A DNA stretch of 64,000 nucleotides from Rotaria socialis (lineage: Eukaryota), in assembly GCA_905331295.1 (NCBI GenBank), contig CAJNYD010000449.1, positions 62,001 through 126,000 on the forward strand. Reading direction: 5' to 3'. Position numbers and translations under genes: made by a program. This document shows, piece after piece, positions 24,980 to 38,157 of the stretch; the first letter of the stretch is position 1; the number at the start of each line of letters is the position of its first letter. Under the pieces are notes generated by a model. The model worked only from the letters and a program-made list of their open reading frames with translations. It was not told the DNA's origin and searched no databases.

Positions 24980-26789
24980 TCAGTATGGTGTCCAATAGTA
25001 GAGATTTTGTGCGAGTACTGAATCTTTGACCGATTCAAAAACAATTCGAATATTTTTGCTATCTAAATTAGATCACAATGAATAGATCGATAAGTAATAA
25101 AAGAAAAAGAAAGAATCGCATGCCTACCGACAGAGCATGTAAAATGAGGATAGATATTCTTTTCTGTATATCTTTCTTTAACAGGTACTAAACTTAGATA
25201 TTTATTTTTGATAAATTGTTTTGCCGCTTCAACATCGTCGTCAGCACCTATAAATAGCATTGATGAGAAAAAAAACGATCAGGCATTGAAACAGATTACA
25301 ATCATTTATTTCTATTTGATATTATAAACTTACCATCAAATTCAGTATAGATGCATCGAAGAGGTTTGTCAGCAAGTCGTTCTGGAAATAGATCAGTTTT
25401 GTTTAGAAAAAGGATAATAGATGCATTATAAAAATATTCGGATGTTAAAATAACATGAAACAATGCCAAACTTTCTTCCATTAAGTTCTAAAACATAAAG
25501 TTTTAACACAGTTTTGACATAGATATTTTTGATTTAACTTTAGAGACCTGTTCAATAGAGTCTTCAACTCGTTGATCATATTCAATAAGAGATGCCAGAA
25601 AAATAACAGACGTTACATTCTATACAGACAGCGAAATACAATATTAACTTAAACTATCTTACAAAATTTATACATCAAAACAATGAATCCATTTTCGACG
25701 TTCTGTTCTTTGTCCACCAACATCAACAATTCTATTATAGAAATTTAATAAATAGTAGATCTGTTCATAAAGTATTAGGAAATATATCCTACCGAAGTTG
25801 AAGATGAGAAAAAATAAAATCTTCTTGAACGATACCCGTTGTTGGAATACGCACTCTTAATATATCATCATCAGTTGGTGTAAAATTTTGTGCGGAAATT
25901 CGATCTAAATCATCCAGGAAGCTGGAAGAAAAAAGAGTGATCAACAATGTTATTCTTATTCCTATTTCAAATCATCTAACATGCAAAATATGGAATAATT
26001 CCATTATTTAAAAAGAAAAGAGATTAATTCTACAAGATTCATTTTCAAAACTATTTTAGAGCATTAAAAAAAGGAAATAGTTATTTCGCAAATTATTAAT
26101 AATTTATTCACGAAGACTCACTATTTTGCCGAGTCAGGTAGTCGATATTCTCGTCGTCGATGGTAACATATTTTCACACCTTCATCAGACCAAACATATC
26201 GAATAGCTTCAATCATTCGGGATGATAATGTTGTTATACTATCATCCTCATCATCATTATTTGGCGAACTTAATACACGAGCATATTCCTACATAGAAAT
26301 ATTTTTTCGATTTTCATTCAACTGAATTATATTCATTATTTCATACTTCATTTCGTTCGTTTTCAAATTTTATTTGAAGCATATTCATCGCTCGACAAAT
26401 ACATCGAACAACACTAAGTATTTGTCGATAGATGAATGGAATAAGTCGATGTTTCTCATCGGCTTTGAAACCTCGGCCATGAATTAATTTCATTTGTTTA
26501 AGGAATGTCGATCTAACAAGAGAAAATGTATAACAGCTACAGAATTATACATTCATTTACTTTCCAGCTTCCGCATTTCCTAAAGTGTCATATCATTTAT
26601 TAAAAAAGAAATCTTATTATATACATGATGCTAACTCTTACCTAAGAGAAGTAATTTTCTTTCGTGTAAATTCTGTCGGCGAAATACTTTCAGTTGCTGA
26701 TTAATATCTTTATTAATTTTTTCTGCAGGTGACAGACAGCAATCACATGCATAGTCCTTGCAGCAGGACGCAAGAAATGGATTAAACAT
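24980..26789 (-). CDS. Heterotrimeric G protein alpha subunit, divergent Gq-like, 10 exons
   Basis: Spliced: [20 protein letters not shown]...[29 protein letters not shown]...[21 protein letters not shown]...[12 protein letters not shown].../[35 protein letters not shown].../...[12 protein letters not shown].../...[36 protein letters not shown]. All G boxes present, no stops or frameshifts. Confidence 0.95.
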
Positions 26790-28249
26790 AATTTCTATTA
26801 TAATAATCTAAATTATTAATTTGAAAACTAAAAACTAAAAACGAATTAACAATATCTACTCAATATATGTATATACATGGAGGTATATTGTGACAATAAT
26901 AGTGTATCAATAACATACTTATCGATAGCTATGTCGTGGAGATGCGAATTTTGTTTTATTGCTTTCGTGCTTTGTATGAAAAAGTGAGGTCGCAAGAGTT
27001 ATTATCGATCACCACTGAGACAACATTACAAGAGAAAAAACATGATTTCGTTTGCTGTTCTGCGTAAGAACGAAAAACGAGAAAAGACACATGATCGTAT
27101 CGAATTGCTGTGAGATTGTGATTAAAATCTTTCATCGTCTCCAAACCAATCGTATTAAAGGAAGTAATATGTGAGTAAAAATTGACAGACAAACTAATAA
27201 ATTTTCTTATTACCTACATAGAAGTAATTAGCATAATATTACTGAAATTATAAGATGAGTAACAATTTGTTTTAGGGCTGCATGAAAAACTTGAAAAATT
27301 ATATACGATTAAATCAGTTATCATAAGTCTATGCCCTATGAAATTAAGAAAGTTCTAAAAAAGTATCTATATGTAATTTTATTAATTTTCACTTGATCAA
27401 AATCTAATTAACAACCAAATTTTCAATATTTTTGAAAACTACTTTATCATGATTGAGTAATAATATATATATATATTTGAAAATGGTGATATGTTTTGTG
27501 ATAGGCCATTCTTGTTAAATCCTAGTGAAAGCAAGCGCTTAACAACAAAAGTATTGTTTTTCGATTCGGACTAATTGTTAGCATAATTTCAAGTTTTGAT
27601 TTATACCTTGATAATTCATTTGAACTACATAGATTTCATGTGATATGATTGATACATATACAATATTAAAGTGGTTTCGAGTAAAAACATGAATATGCAC
27701 AGAATTTCATATTTTCTATTGACGCATTAACTAGTGCTTTATTATGAATTGAAGTATGTATTATCGTAATAGCTTTTTTCGTTTAATTTTATTAAAAAAT
27801 AAGATCAATAAAATTATTATTCGTACATATTCACGATGAGTTTTCTTCGCAAAAAAAACATGATACTCTGTTCATCTTACTCGCGTTCAAAATTTCATAG
27901 CAGAAAATGAACTTTGACTTTATTGCATTGACTAATGGACTAAAACAATAAACAAGGATTTCTATGCTGAAAATGTGTCGTACTTGAATAAATAGGGGAA
28001 AAGATCTTTTTTAAACACTGATTTATGATTTAATTCTGTATTTCAGGAATATATCGAATAACGTTAATCCTATTTAAATCGTGAGATTACTGATGAATAT
28101 CTTTTTTTCTATTTTCTTCCCTTTTACACTTTATATTCTGATTTTTGATTGATTTATTCAATGACATAGTAACATCTCGATTGTCTCGGTTTCAATCAGA
28201 TACCGAATGTTTTTCTTTTTTATCTATAGAACGTGCATTGCCATTATAT

Positions 28250-29870
28250 GATTGAACATTTCTCTACTATGTCTTTGAAAGCTTTTGCTTGATTTATTTC
28301 GAAAACGATTGGAATATTTTTATTATTTACAGTTTAACGTATCATTGTATTATGTTTAGAGGCAAGAAATTAACTCATGAAAGTCTTATCGACAGAACAT
28401 GTAAACCCAGTTAGGAATTCTTCTTTTTAATGTTCTCGATCTGGTTTGAAATTGAGATATTTGTTTTTGATGAAGTATTTTGCAGCTTCAACATCATCAT
28501 CTACGTACATCTGCAAATCATAGATATGAAATAATTTGATCAGTAATTATTGCTTTGTTTGACTAGATCGAATAACTATTGGATTCAAGAAAGATGAATA
28601 TCGAAGAGGTTCACTTGCTAGTCATTCCGGAAATAGAAGAATTTTTATTAAGAAATACAATGATAAATGCATTGCGAAAATAATATCTAGCTTTTCGTTC
28701 TACAAGTTGTACCACACAAAGTTCTATCATGATTTCGATATATTTCATTTTTATTAACTATATCTACTTTGACGTATCATCTAAGTTATCTTGGTTATAT
28801 TCAATAAGAAATGCTCTAAAAACGGTTCAGCTGTCACGTTACATGTACACAACGAATCTAGGTTCGATGTTCAGCATTTTGTTTGAAAACATTGACAATT
28901 CTATAAAGAGCATTATGGATAATCACGAAATGAACTATATTGCAAGATTAAATCACTCTTGCTGTACATGACAACGAGCAAACTGAAAATCTTTTTGAAT
29001 GATACCTATCTCTGGAATGTATACTCTTTATATCTCATCATCAGTTCGTAAATAAGGATATTCAGAAATTCAGTCGATGTTATTAAAACCTCACGTCAAA
29101 AAACAATCTCATTGCGCCCATAATTTTCACCAATATCTGATATACGTCCATGCAAAGTATCAAAAAATGAGATCTTTTTAAAATTTGCTGCGTGATAATA
29201 TTGTTTTAGAAAAATTACTTGCAGCTTCATCAAAATGTATAACATTGTCAACAGAGGAGAAAAAGCAGAAAGTGTATAACTCTACTCATTACCATTATAA
29301 AATAATTAATTAGTACTACATAATACTGCCTATTTAGCTAAATCTTTCAATTGATATTCGCGTCGTCTACGATAGCATAGTTGAACATCTTCATCATATC
29401 AAATATGTCTGATAGCTTCAATTATTTTTCGTGATACCGTTGATATATTACCATCGTCACTATTGGTTGGGATCAACACACAAGTATAGTGCTGGATAAA
29501 AGACTATGTTCTAATTTTCATTAATTTACACAATTATATATATATATAGCATAATTAAATTTCAAACTGTTCAAATAGAATACAATGATTTTGCATAGCT
29601 TGACAAATACAGCGAACAAAATCATCCACTATATGTTGATTTGTAATTTAAATAAGTAGACGTCTCTCTCTCTCTCTCATCGATACTAAAACTTCAAAGA
29701 TGCAACAGTTTCATTAGTTGGAGAAATCTTGATTTATATTTACAATGGCACTAGTTAAGAATATATTAAGTTTCTAGTTGCAATATTTTCTAGGGAATTT
29801 TCTTTTATTTACATTCTGCCTGCTTATCCGACTTAATTCTTACCTAATGTTTATTGATAGTTAAATAAAT
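28250..29870 (-). pseudogene. Decayed tandem paralog of the adjacent G-alpha
   Basis: Colinear remnants with stops and frameshifts: [104 protein letters not shown]...*...FTCSVD; NIPIVFE. Confidence 0.88.
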
Positions 29871-30741
29871 ATAATACATGTACGACTCATTAAGGTTCAT
29901 TTATGGTGGCACTCAAATATTTAAATATGATCATAAAAAACTGTATTTGTTTTGTTTTTGATTGCTTGCCAATTTTTATTCACCCACAATATCAGATTAG
30001 TTTTCTTGTATTGCTTATAACTAAGGAAAATAAGACCAAAATATTAGAACAAACTTACGGAAGACAAGTATTTGGCAAAAAACACCATGCTTTCGACTAA
30101 TCTGTATTGATGTAAATACGAAGTAGTAAGCGGGTGTCGAATATTGGCATGAATGATTTCATTTTATTTTTGTTACTAGAATTGAAAAGATCGTATTTCA
30201 AATTTAATACATGACAATACAAAGGATTAGACAATGAATGCATCAACATTGACTTTGGATTCTGTCGTCATTTCCTATTTTAGCTTTTTTTTCTAAAAAG
30301 GTTGAGAATCGAATTTGAAAAGTCAATTGAAAAGTATTAATTCGTATCGATGCAGACTCTTCCTTTCTCGCAGTTTCATTAGTAATCTTTAATTTGAAGT
30401 TTGTCCACGCGAATCATACAAGTAAAAGCTCTCTATTATGAACACATCATCAAGACCAAAAACAAATAGTATTAAGCCCGCTATGAAAAGAAAAAAAGAC
30501 GCCGAAAATTTGTCTAAAAAAATGATCTTGAAATTATTAGCATCCTTCGTATATTCACGATGAAATCGATCAATCAAGATCTATAATAGTTATATAACGA
30601 TCAAGTTATATTTCTCACTAGGAATAATTTTACAGCATTTACGTTTTAAGGCAAAATATTTTTGAAGATTGCTTATATCGTACACAATTATTCAAATAAT
30701 ACTTGATACATTATTTCCATAAATACAAGAGAAAATTGCAA

Positions 30742-31055
30742 CCCATGTTAAACAAAATCGTAAAAAATCTGATGATAATTGATTTTTTGCGATTAGAAAT
30801 CTATTTTAATGGCACTATTATAATCTGATTTTAACCAGGTTTTTCAATCTTAAACGGCAGATTATTTTTGGTTTTGATTTTATTTTAGTCGATTTTAATT
30901 GATTACGTACAAACTATTATAATCGATTAAAATAAGATCAAAATCAAAAATAATCTGCCGTCTAAGGCTAAAAAATCTGATTAAAATCAGATTAAAATAG
31001 TGCCATTATAATAGATTATTAATCTGATTATTAATCCAATTTTTTTTTACATAGG
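30742..31055. mobile_element. Palindromic MITE, CCCATGT...ACATAGG ends, 2-bp TSD AA
   Basis: aa|CCCATGTTAAAC ... TTTTACATAGG|aa. The arms (~30800-30900 and ~30915-31015) are near reverse complements. Confidence 0.8.
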
Positions 31056-34000
31056 AAATGATGAACGTAGGATGAAACTTTTCTTTTTCAAACACGCTAA
31101 CTTGAAACATAAATTTACACCTCCTCCCCCAAGCTCAAACGATCGAGCCACCTCTGTGTATCACTAAAACAATAGTGCTGCAATGGTGTTGCGTTGCCCT
31201 TCAAAATCTGACCATTCTATAATGTAGTGCATGTAAAACTAGACTAAACATTTAGTTTTGTCTTTCATATATCATTTCTTAAAACTTGTTGGAATGACTT
31301 GGTTTTTGCTTTGTACAAGTAATTAGATAATATTAGGTGAAAAGAGTTTTTTTCAAGTTACGTAGAATTGTTAGTATTCTTGTACAAGAGTACCGAGAAG
31401 TTATCGGATGATCGTTATACCAACTGTATTAGTATAGAGTGATGATGTAAATTAAGTAGATGACTAGATGAGCTACTTATGATCTGGCTTATGTATGATT
31501 AAATCATATAGATAGAGAACAAGTTGGGTGTTTACATGAATATTTAGTACAATTACTCCGTCCCATAAGCATTTTTCTGTGCTTATTATGTAGGTTTGAA
31601 TAATTTTGAATATTTTCCTATGCCACACTTCTAGAAATAACAGTCGTTTACTCAGTTTTTCAAAAATATAGTGTACTTATATGTATAAACTCGCATGAAA
31701 CTTTTTTTTATCGGTTAAATGGTTTTTTAGAATAAAAATCTCTTGAAAATCTAAGAAAAGCATTTCTATTTAGTGAATAATCGTCAAAGTATAGTTAATA
31801 GTCAACTGACATGATAAAAATACTAAATCAAGCTAGATGAGATGATTTTGAACTAGTGACATATTGTGACTAAGAATTTATTGGTGAGATTGGTCTAAAA
31901 TGATCACAAGGAATCTTGTTCATTTGGACACTGATGTTTAGATATACGTACGTGCTATAATGTTCTTGTGAAGTCAAGTTATAAAAATAATTGCAAAGAT
32001 GTATAAAAGACTTTATGAGTTGCTTCAAAATTATTAATAACCACACGTCACATATTTAAATTGACCGTAATGTGATGTCAACTACATACGCTAGCTGTCA
32101 AAATTCATTCAAATTAGTGAAAATTTTCTCGTTGTGTTGTATATACTTACGTCATAATGAACTGGAATAATGGCACTTTCTTCAGATCAGAGTTCGTAGT
32201 CTATAGTATACCGGTGAAAAACTTCAAGCTGATACATCAGTCTGTTTTATTTTCTTGATTGTTTCAAACTCAGTACATTTTTTCTCATCTGCGCAATGTT
32301 GACCAACAAACATTGTCTAGTAAATTATGCGCTTTTGTTGTAAGTAGAAAAACAACGCATGACAGTTCACCAAATAACATGAATTATTCTGTTTGGAAAT
32401 ATATTTCTGTATATTGTATTGATTTATCTTCTATGGATGCATTGGTGAGAAACAAATTTTAATTGTAGAATGTGTCATCTACTTATTCAAGTGATTTTTT
32501 TTTAACATAGTAGACTTACAAAAAGAACCATTTAACGTAGTGACAGAGTTTTTCTATGTGAGCTTCAAACTGATTATCTCAACCTTTTTGTTCTATAAAC
32601 AGTATGAATAGAAAACTTGTATTTTTAGTTATAATCTAGTCGCAAATCATATTAAATGCAAACTTAATTTTTGCGTGTCACACCCTTGTCCATAACTTGA
32701 GTAAAATAAAGCAACAGTGTATGTTAAATTTTACTTGATATACTTTCGCTTAGCAAGGTTTAGACCCAGTATGATGCTACTATTAGGATAAACATGTTAC
32801 ACATGTTGTTTATAATATCATTAAAGTGTCTCGATAAAGTGGTATAATCGAATTTACTTTTAGATAGAGAGTTTCCGTATGGAAAATGTTTTCGCACGAT
32901 ATCGTGCATTGAATAGCAACTTTTTTCCTTTAATTCATCAGAGACATAAAACAACAAGGATAAACCACTGAAAACTTGCAATAAGAAAAAGAATTATTTA
33001 AATATATTAATCGATAGAATCTCTTGTACTCTTTGTTAGAGTAGATTTAACAGTGACATTGGCTGTATATTATTTTAAAAACAGACGCATTTGCATTTTC
33101 TTCCAAACGATTTCTAGTATGGGTCAGAAAAATATTGTTGCACAATGTCCACTAAAATAAAATGTATGAAAAAAAAGAATTTATTTTTGAACGAACGATT
33201 TCTTCGAGTGTATCATGTAGTATAGAAAATTGTTAATTTAGAACAGATACGAAATAATTTTCGAAACATATATTTTTGAACAATATTCAAAGGACAAGTA
33301 ATGCAAAACTATCTTTTGATCATGAGTAAAAACTGATTTGAAGTTGCTAAATGATATACCAAAGACTACGAGTTATAATCTAAACGAAAGCAGATCACTA
33401 TAACTTGTCTAATTTTTAAGGCATACACTCAAAACAAAACAAAAACAACACTATCAACTGTTTGCATAGTTTAAGAAGCCACTATATGTAAGCAAGTATA
33501 CGCGTTCCTTTTTGAATGAAAAGTAGATGAATTAAGACTATACTCTTCAGTCTTTATTATTTTGTAACAATTTTAGGCATTATTCTGAATTACTCAGTCG
33601 TACGATAATAGGGCGAGTATGATTTTCATTATCTTATGAAGAGATGATTTATCATAAATTCTGTCTTAGATGCTGTCGAAAAATGAATTTCGCTCGAACA
33701 CTACGTAGTAGATATACTTATGCTACAACAAGTTACAGTTTTACCGAGACAAAAAAAAAGAACAAAATTGCTGTATAATATTGACTTCCTTTTTCCAACA
33801 TATGTTCCCATTTTATTGATAACTACCTATTTTCAAATCTTTTCCAGGCTAAAGAAAAAGAAAAAAATGAATTATAATTTTGTAATCAACTGCATATACT
33901 TTAAAGAAATGCTGTGCTTCCCATATTCTTGAATAATTCTGCTGAAATACGAGGTACCCTGGGCATATTTTTATCGGACATATATTATTTTACATATTAA

Positions 34001-35409
34001 ATTTCGACAGACTTCATTTCTTTTATTGTGAATATTAATCGTTAGATATAACTGATAATGACCAGATCAACCACATGGTCTACATTTAAACGCTAACACT
34101 AAATAAGCAATAACCGGCAATATAAATGAACTACAAAAGAAATTAAAAAACACATTGAGCAATAAATAAAATGCTTTTTAAGCAAATGTAGATATCATGA
34201 AGAAGAATATTGAGATTTTAATGAAACATCATTCACTTTGATGAGTTGACAAACATAAAAATGTTTAACCAATAAGGTATACTGGGAGGTTTATTCAAGG
34301 GGGAAACATCGTACTTTTATTCCATGAAGTACAAAAGTACCTCAAAGTACTTTGCACTACAAGGAAATCCTTTAAAGTAAATTGTTTACAATACTAAATT
34401 GCCCAAATTTCTTCTCGTTTCCTGCATTGATAATAAGAGTATCTCGGCTTAGCTAGAAGTTGGTAATTTCTTAAATCGAAAATTAAGGAAAATTTTGACA
34501 ATCCAGAATATTGAAATTCATTAAAATGAATGAATACTTTTTTTATAAATTTGTCAAGATGGCTTCTTTTAAGCCACTAAAAATTCTGAACATTTGATAT
34601 TTTGAGACTGTCCGGTTTCAAAAGAAAATATTAATTTCTTGTACTGTATCACAACAATATGTTCTCAGCTTACCCAGGAGGCAAATTCAATACCATTGGA
34701 CGTGTTCTAGTGTCTGAATGAAAGTCTATCAGATACTCTTTCCGAATACCGTTCGTTTTGTTTTTGAACAACTGAATTTTTTAAGGAAGAATATCATAGC
34801 ACATTAAAGTACTCTTGTTGTAAGTAGTTTTTAACGTATGAGTTCAGTTTCGATAAAGCTCGACACCTTATTCGAAATCAGCATGAAACTTGAACTAAAT
34901 GATATTGACATTATTTTGAAATATTTTCTATCACAATGTCACCCCACTGAGAAGCCTAGAAAATAAAATTGAGTGAGAAAAACAAATTTCTGCAGTTCTC
35001 AGTACTTTTTTCAGTTCTGTGTATCTCTGCCACTGCAACAGAACAAACATCTTTGTCTTCTGTATCTTTAGAAATCTTCAATAAAAGAATAAAATTGTTG
35101 CAAGATTAGGAACAATCAGTAACAGAATTCTTTTGTTTTTCTGTCGATGAAAATTAAGAGCAAATTTCCATTCTCTCACACTTCTTAGTGCTATCAGGTA
35201 CCAAAACGATTTTTTTTCTTTGAAGCAACTAATGCATGAAAATGAAAATCGAATATATGCTCAAAAATATTTTAAAATAACATAAATTTTCTTCGACTCA
35301 AATTTTATAAGTTGATTTTGAATATCATGTTCCTCGTTATTGACACTGAACTAGTATATTAAAAGTTACTTAAAACAGGAGCATTTAAATAGTTTTACTA
35401 TTCTTCTTT

Positions 35410-36330
35410 AACAAGTTCCCTCTACTGAAAGGAGGGTATTACGAAAAACGAGTTAAATGCGTTCGTTCGTCTGTACGTTCGTTCGTTCGTCCAATAGGAA
35501 ACTAGATGCATAAACCTAACTAACCTCGAACAATATCCTGCAGGGATAGGGTTGGCCGACGGTAATCGGGGTCGGGGAACACGATGGCGTTATCAGATTT
35601 TTGAAATTTTTCTTTGTCCTTTTTTAGGNNNNNNNNNNNNNNNNNNNNNNNNNNNNNNNNNNNNNNNNNNNNNNNNNNNNNNNNNNNNNNNNNNNNNNNN
35701 NNNNNNNNNNNNNNNNNNNNNNNNNNNNNNNNNNNNNNNNNNNNNNNNNNNNNNNNNNNNNNNNNNNNNNNNNNNNNNNNNNNNNNNNNNNNNNNNNNNN
35801 NNNNNNNNNNNNNNNNNNNNNNNNNNNNNNNNNNNNNNNNNNNNNNNNNNNNNNNNNNNNNNNNNNNNNNNNNNNNNNNNNNNNNNNNNNNNNNNNNNNN
35901 NNNNNNNNNNNNNNNNNNNNNNNNNCAGATTCATGTTAAATATCTAGTTCATAGACCAATTTGAGTTATAACTTTACTAAAACGGAGTATTTCGATCATA
36001 GCTCTCATGAATGGGTCTTTTTCTTCACTTCGTTATTAAGTTGATCGAAGGTTTTTGGGGGCGTAGCTTGAGCTGTACCAGATCGGATGCATTTAGCTTC
36101 AGTATTGCCATATAATATTAGTAAGTAGTAATTAAATGCCGCTTTCTTGGTGATACTTCCAAGCAAGTTTTCTATTTATGCTCGGTTATCAATCGTGTTT
36201 TCCATGAAAATCATTTCGAAGCTATAAAATGTGAAGTCTCTCAGCTAGATAGTTTTGGATAGCTACGTTCCACATGACTAAATTCTTTCAGTAGAGGGTT
36301 CGCGACGCAAACGTCGCGTTACCTTGTTCA
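35410..36330 (+). mobile_element. Helentron/DINE-1-like (HINE) element spanning the gap
   Basis: Subterminal IR CCCTCTACTGA (35418) / TCAGTAGAGGG (~36288), 5' (CGTT)n microsatellite (~35460-35490), 3' hairpin CGCGACG-caaa-CGTCGCG (36301-36318). Confidence 0.75.
35629..35925. other. Assembly gap (N run)
   Basis: Run of N. Confidence 1.
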
Positions 36331-37097
36331 TCTTGTCAAAAACAAAATTTTTCTGAGAAAGAAAACTGTAGCTTTTTCCTAAATACTAAAAAAAGGTTCA
36401 GTGGCATAAAACTTGCCCCCTGATTAAACTGATAAGAGTCTGTCACTACACAATACGTAAATAGAATTTTTCGGACATCAACAGTTCTAAAAGTCTTGAT
36501 ATAAAGACATCACTAATGAGGTCTTTGTATTTCATAAAGAAAAGCACCAATATTAACAATAAGTAGAACGTTTTGATGAACTATTCATGCTTTTATGCGT
36601 GAAATGTACTACTTATTGAATTTCAAATCTCTATAAAAGTGCTGTGAGAATATTTAAAAAATACTTTCCACATATAATTATGCCTATTATTACTGAGATA
36701 GGCTCACTTATTACTATTTAGGATACTTTTTTAAATCTAGACTTATTATTGTGTCTCTAAACAGAGGAGAAATATTCAATGTTACGTGAAAACCGAAAGA
36801 ACTTTAAAAAGACTTGAATGAATTTGTGAAACTTCTTTTGAATATGGTACGCTCGCGGGAAATTTCATAGGTGCTTTTCTTAAGTAAAGCATTCGTAACA
36901 GAAGTTTTTAAAGAGATGCTTCGTAGGAAAATACATAGTTCTTAATACTGAATTCCTTGAATCGCAACTTTTACAGATCCTTCATTGTGATAGAACCTTT
37001 AATTATTCAAATTGTTGTAATTATAATACCTTTTGCAAGTTATATTTTCATACTATCATTTTTAATGATATATAAATTTGCTTGGGTACGAGGTAAG

Positions 37098-37697
37098 TTA
37101 TAATGATAATGATTTTGATGGAATTAAATCGGTAGTTTTTAATATTTAGTTGTTGCGAAATCTCGGAATTTTCGACCTTGTTATAATTCTAAACTGATGT
37201 TCAAAATGAATTATATGTAACGGTCATCATCAGCAAGTTTACATCATTTGAGACTTTAATTCTAAATTCATACTAATTGCAGTATTAAAGACTTGAGCCT
37301 ACAAATAATAATAATGCATTACATACATTTATACTTTATATTAATTAATTATATTAATTAGCTATTTGTTACTGTATATTCGAATTTAATATCAATACTA
37401 AATATTGACACTTGGTATTTGTACTTGATATTCGTTATATATATATGTCACATCTACGTACTAATTATTAGGTTATGTTATCGGATTAGGTTATGGAATT
37501 GTTCATACCATCATTACTATGAATTTAGAATTAAAGTCTCAAACGATGTAAACTTGCTGATGATGACCGTTACATATAATTCATTTTGAACATCAGTTTA
37601 GAATTGTACCAAGGTCGGAAATTTCGAGATTTCGTAAAAACTAAATATTAAAAACAAAACTACCGATTTAATTCCATCAAAATCATTATCATTATAA
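37098..37697. mobile_element. Foldback element with ~175-bp inverted arms
   Basis: 37098-37271 is the near reverse complement of ~37518-37697 (e.g. TATATGTAACGGTCATCATCAGCAAGTTTACATC / GATGTAAACTTGCTGATGATGACCGTTACATATA). Very AT-rich spacer. Confidence 0.9.
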
Positions 37698-38157
37698 TTT
37701 TTAACGATATTTTAAAAAATACTCTTTGCATGGGATTTACACCTTTTTGTAGTAGGGTTTCCTTTCAAAGTTTTCTAGTTAAATTCTTGATAATTTTGAA
37801 TTGTGAGAATCGGAAAGTGGTTAAGAGTATACCGCCAGACCAACTTCGGTAAAAACATGCGTGCATAAAATCGCTGTATAAGTTAGTTGAAAATGAGATA
37901 ACGCAGATACAACTTTAATCTCCTTTGGGAAATACTTAGAAGTACTTTCTTGTATAAGATATAGCTCATTTTTTCCACGATTCATAGAAGTGTAGCACAT
38001 CTGTAATCGAAAGTGGCCTAATCACACGGTAAAAATCAAGAATTAATAAGGAAAAGAAGCAATTCCTTTTTACTTCTGTTCCTCGCATATTATTGTCCCT
38101 ATTTCGATAAGACAAAAGTTTTTATCTTTATCTAGTTCAAACTTGTCACTGTCACTG

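Noticed and set aside
35552..35964. ORFs with X runs
   Set aside because: Artefacts of the N gap.
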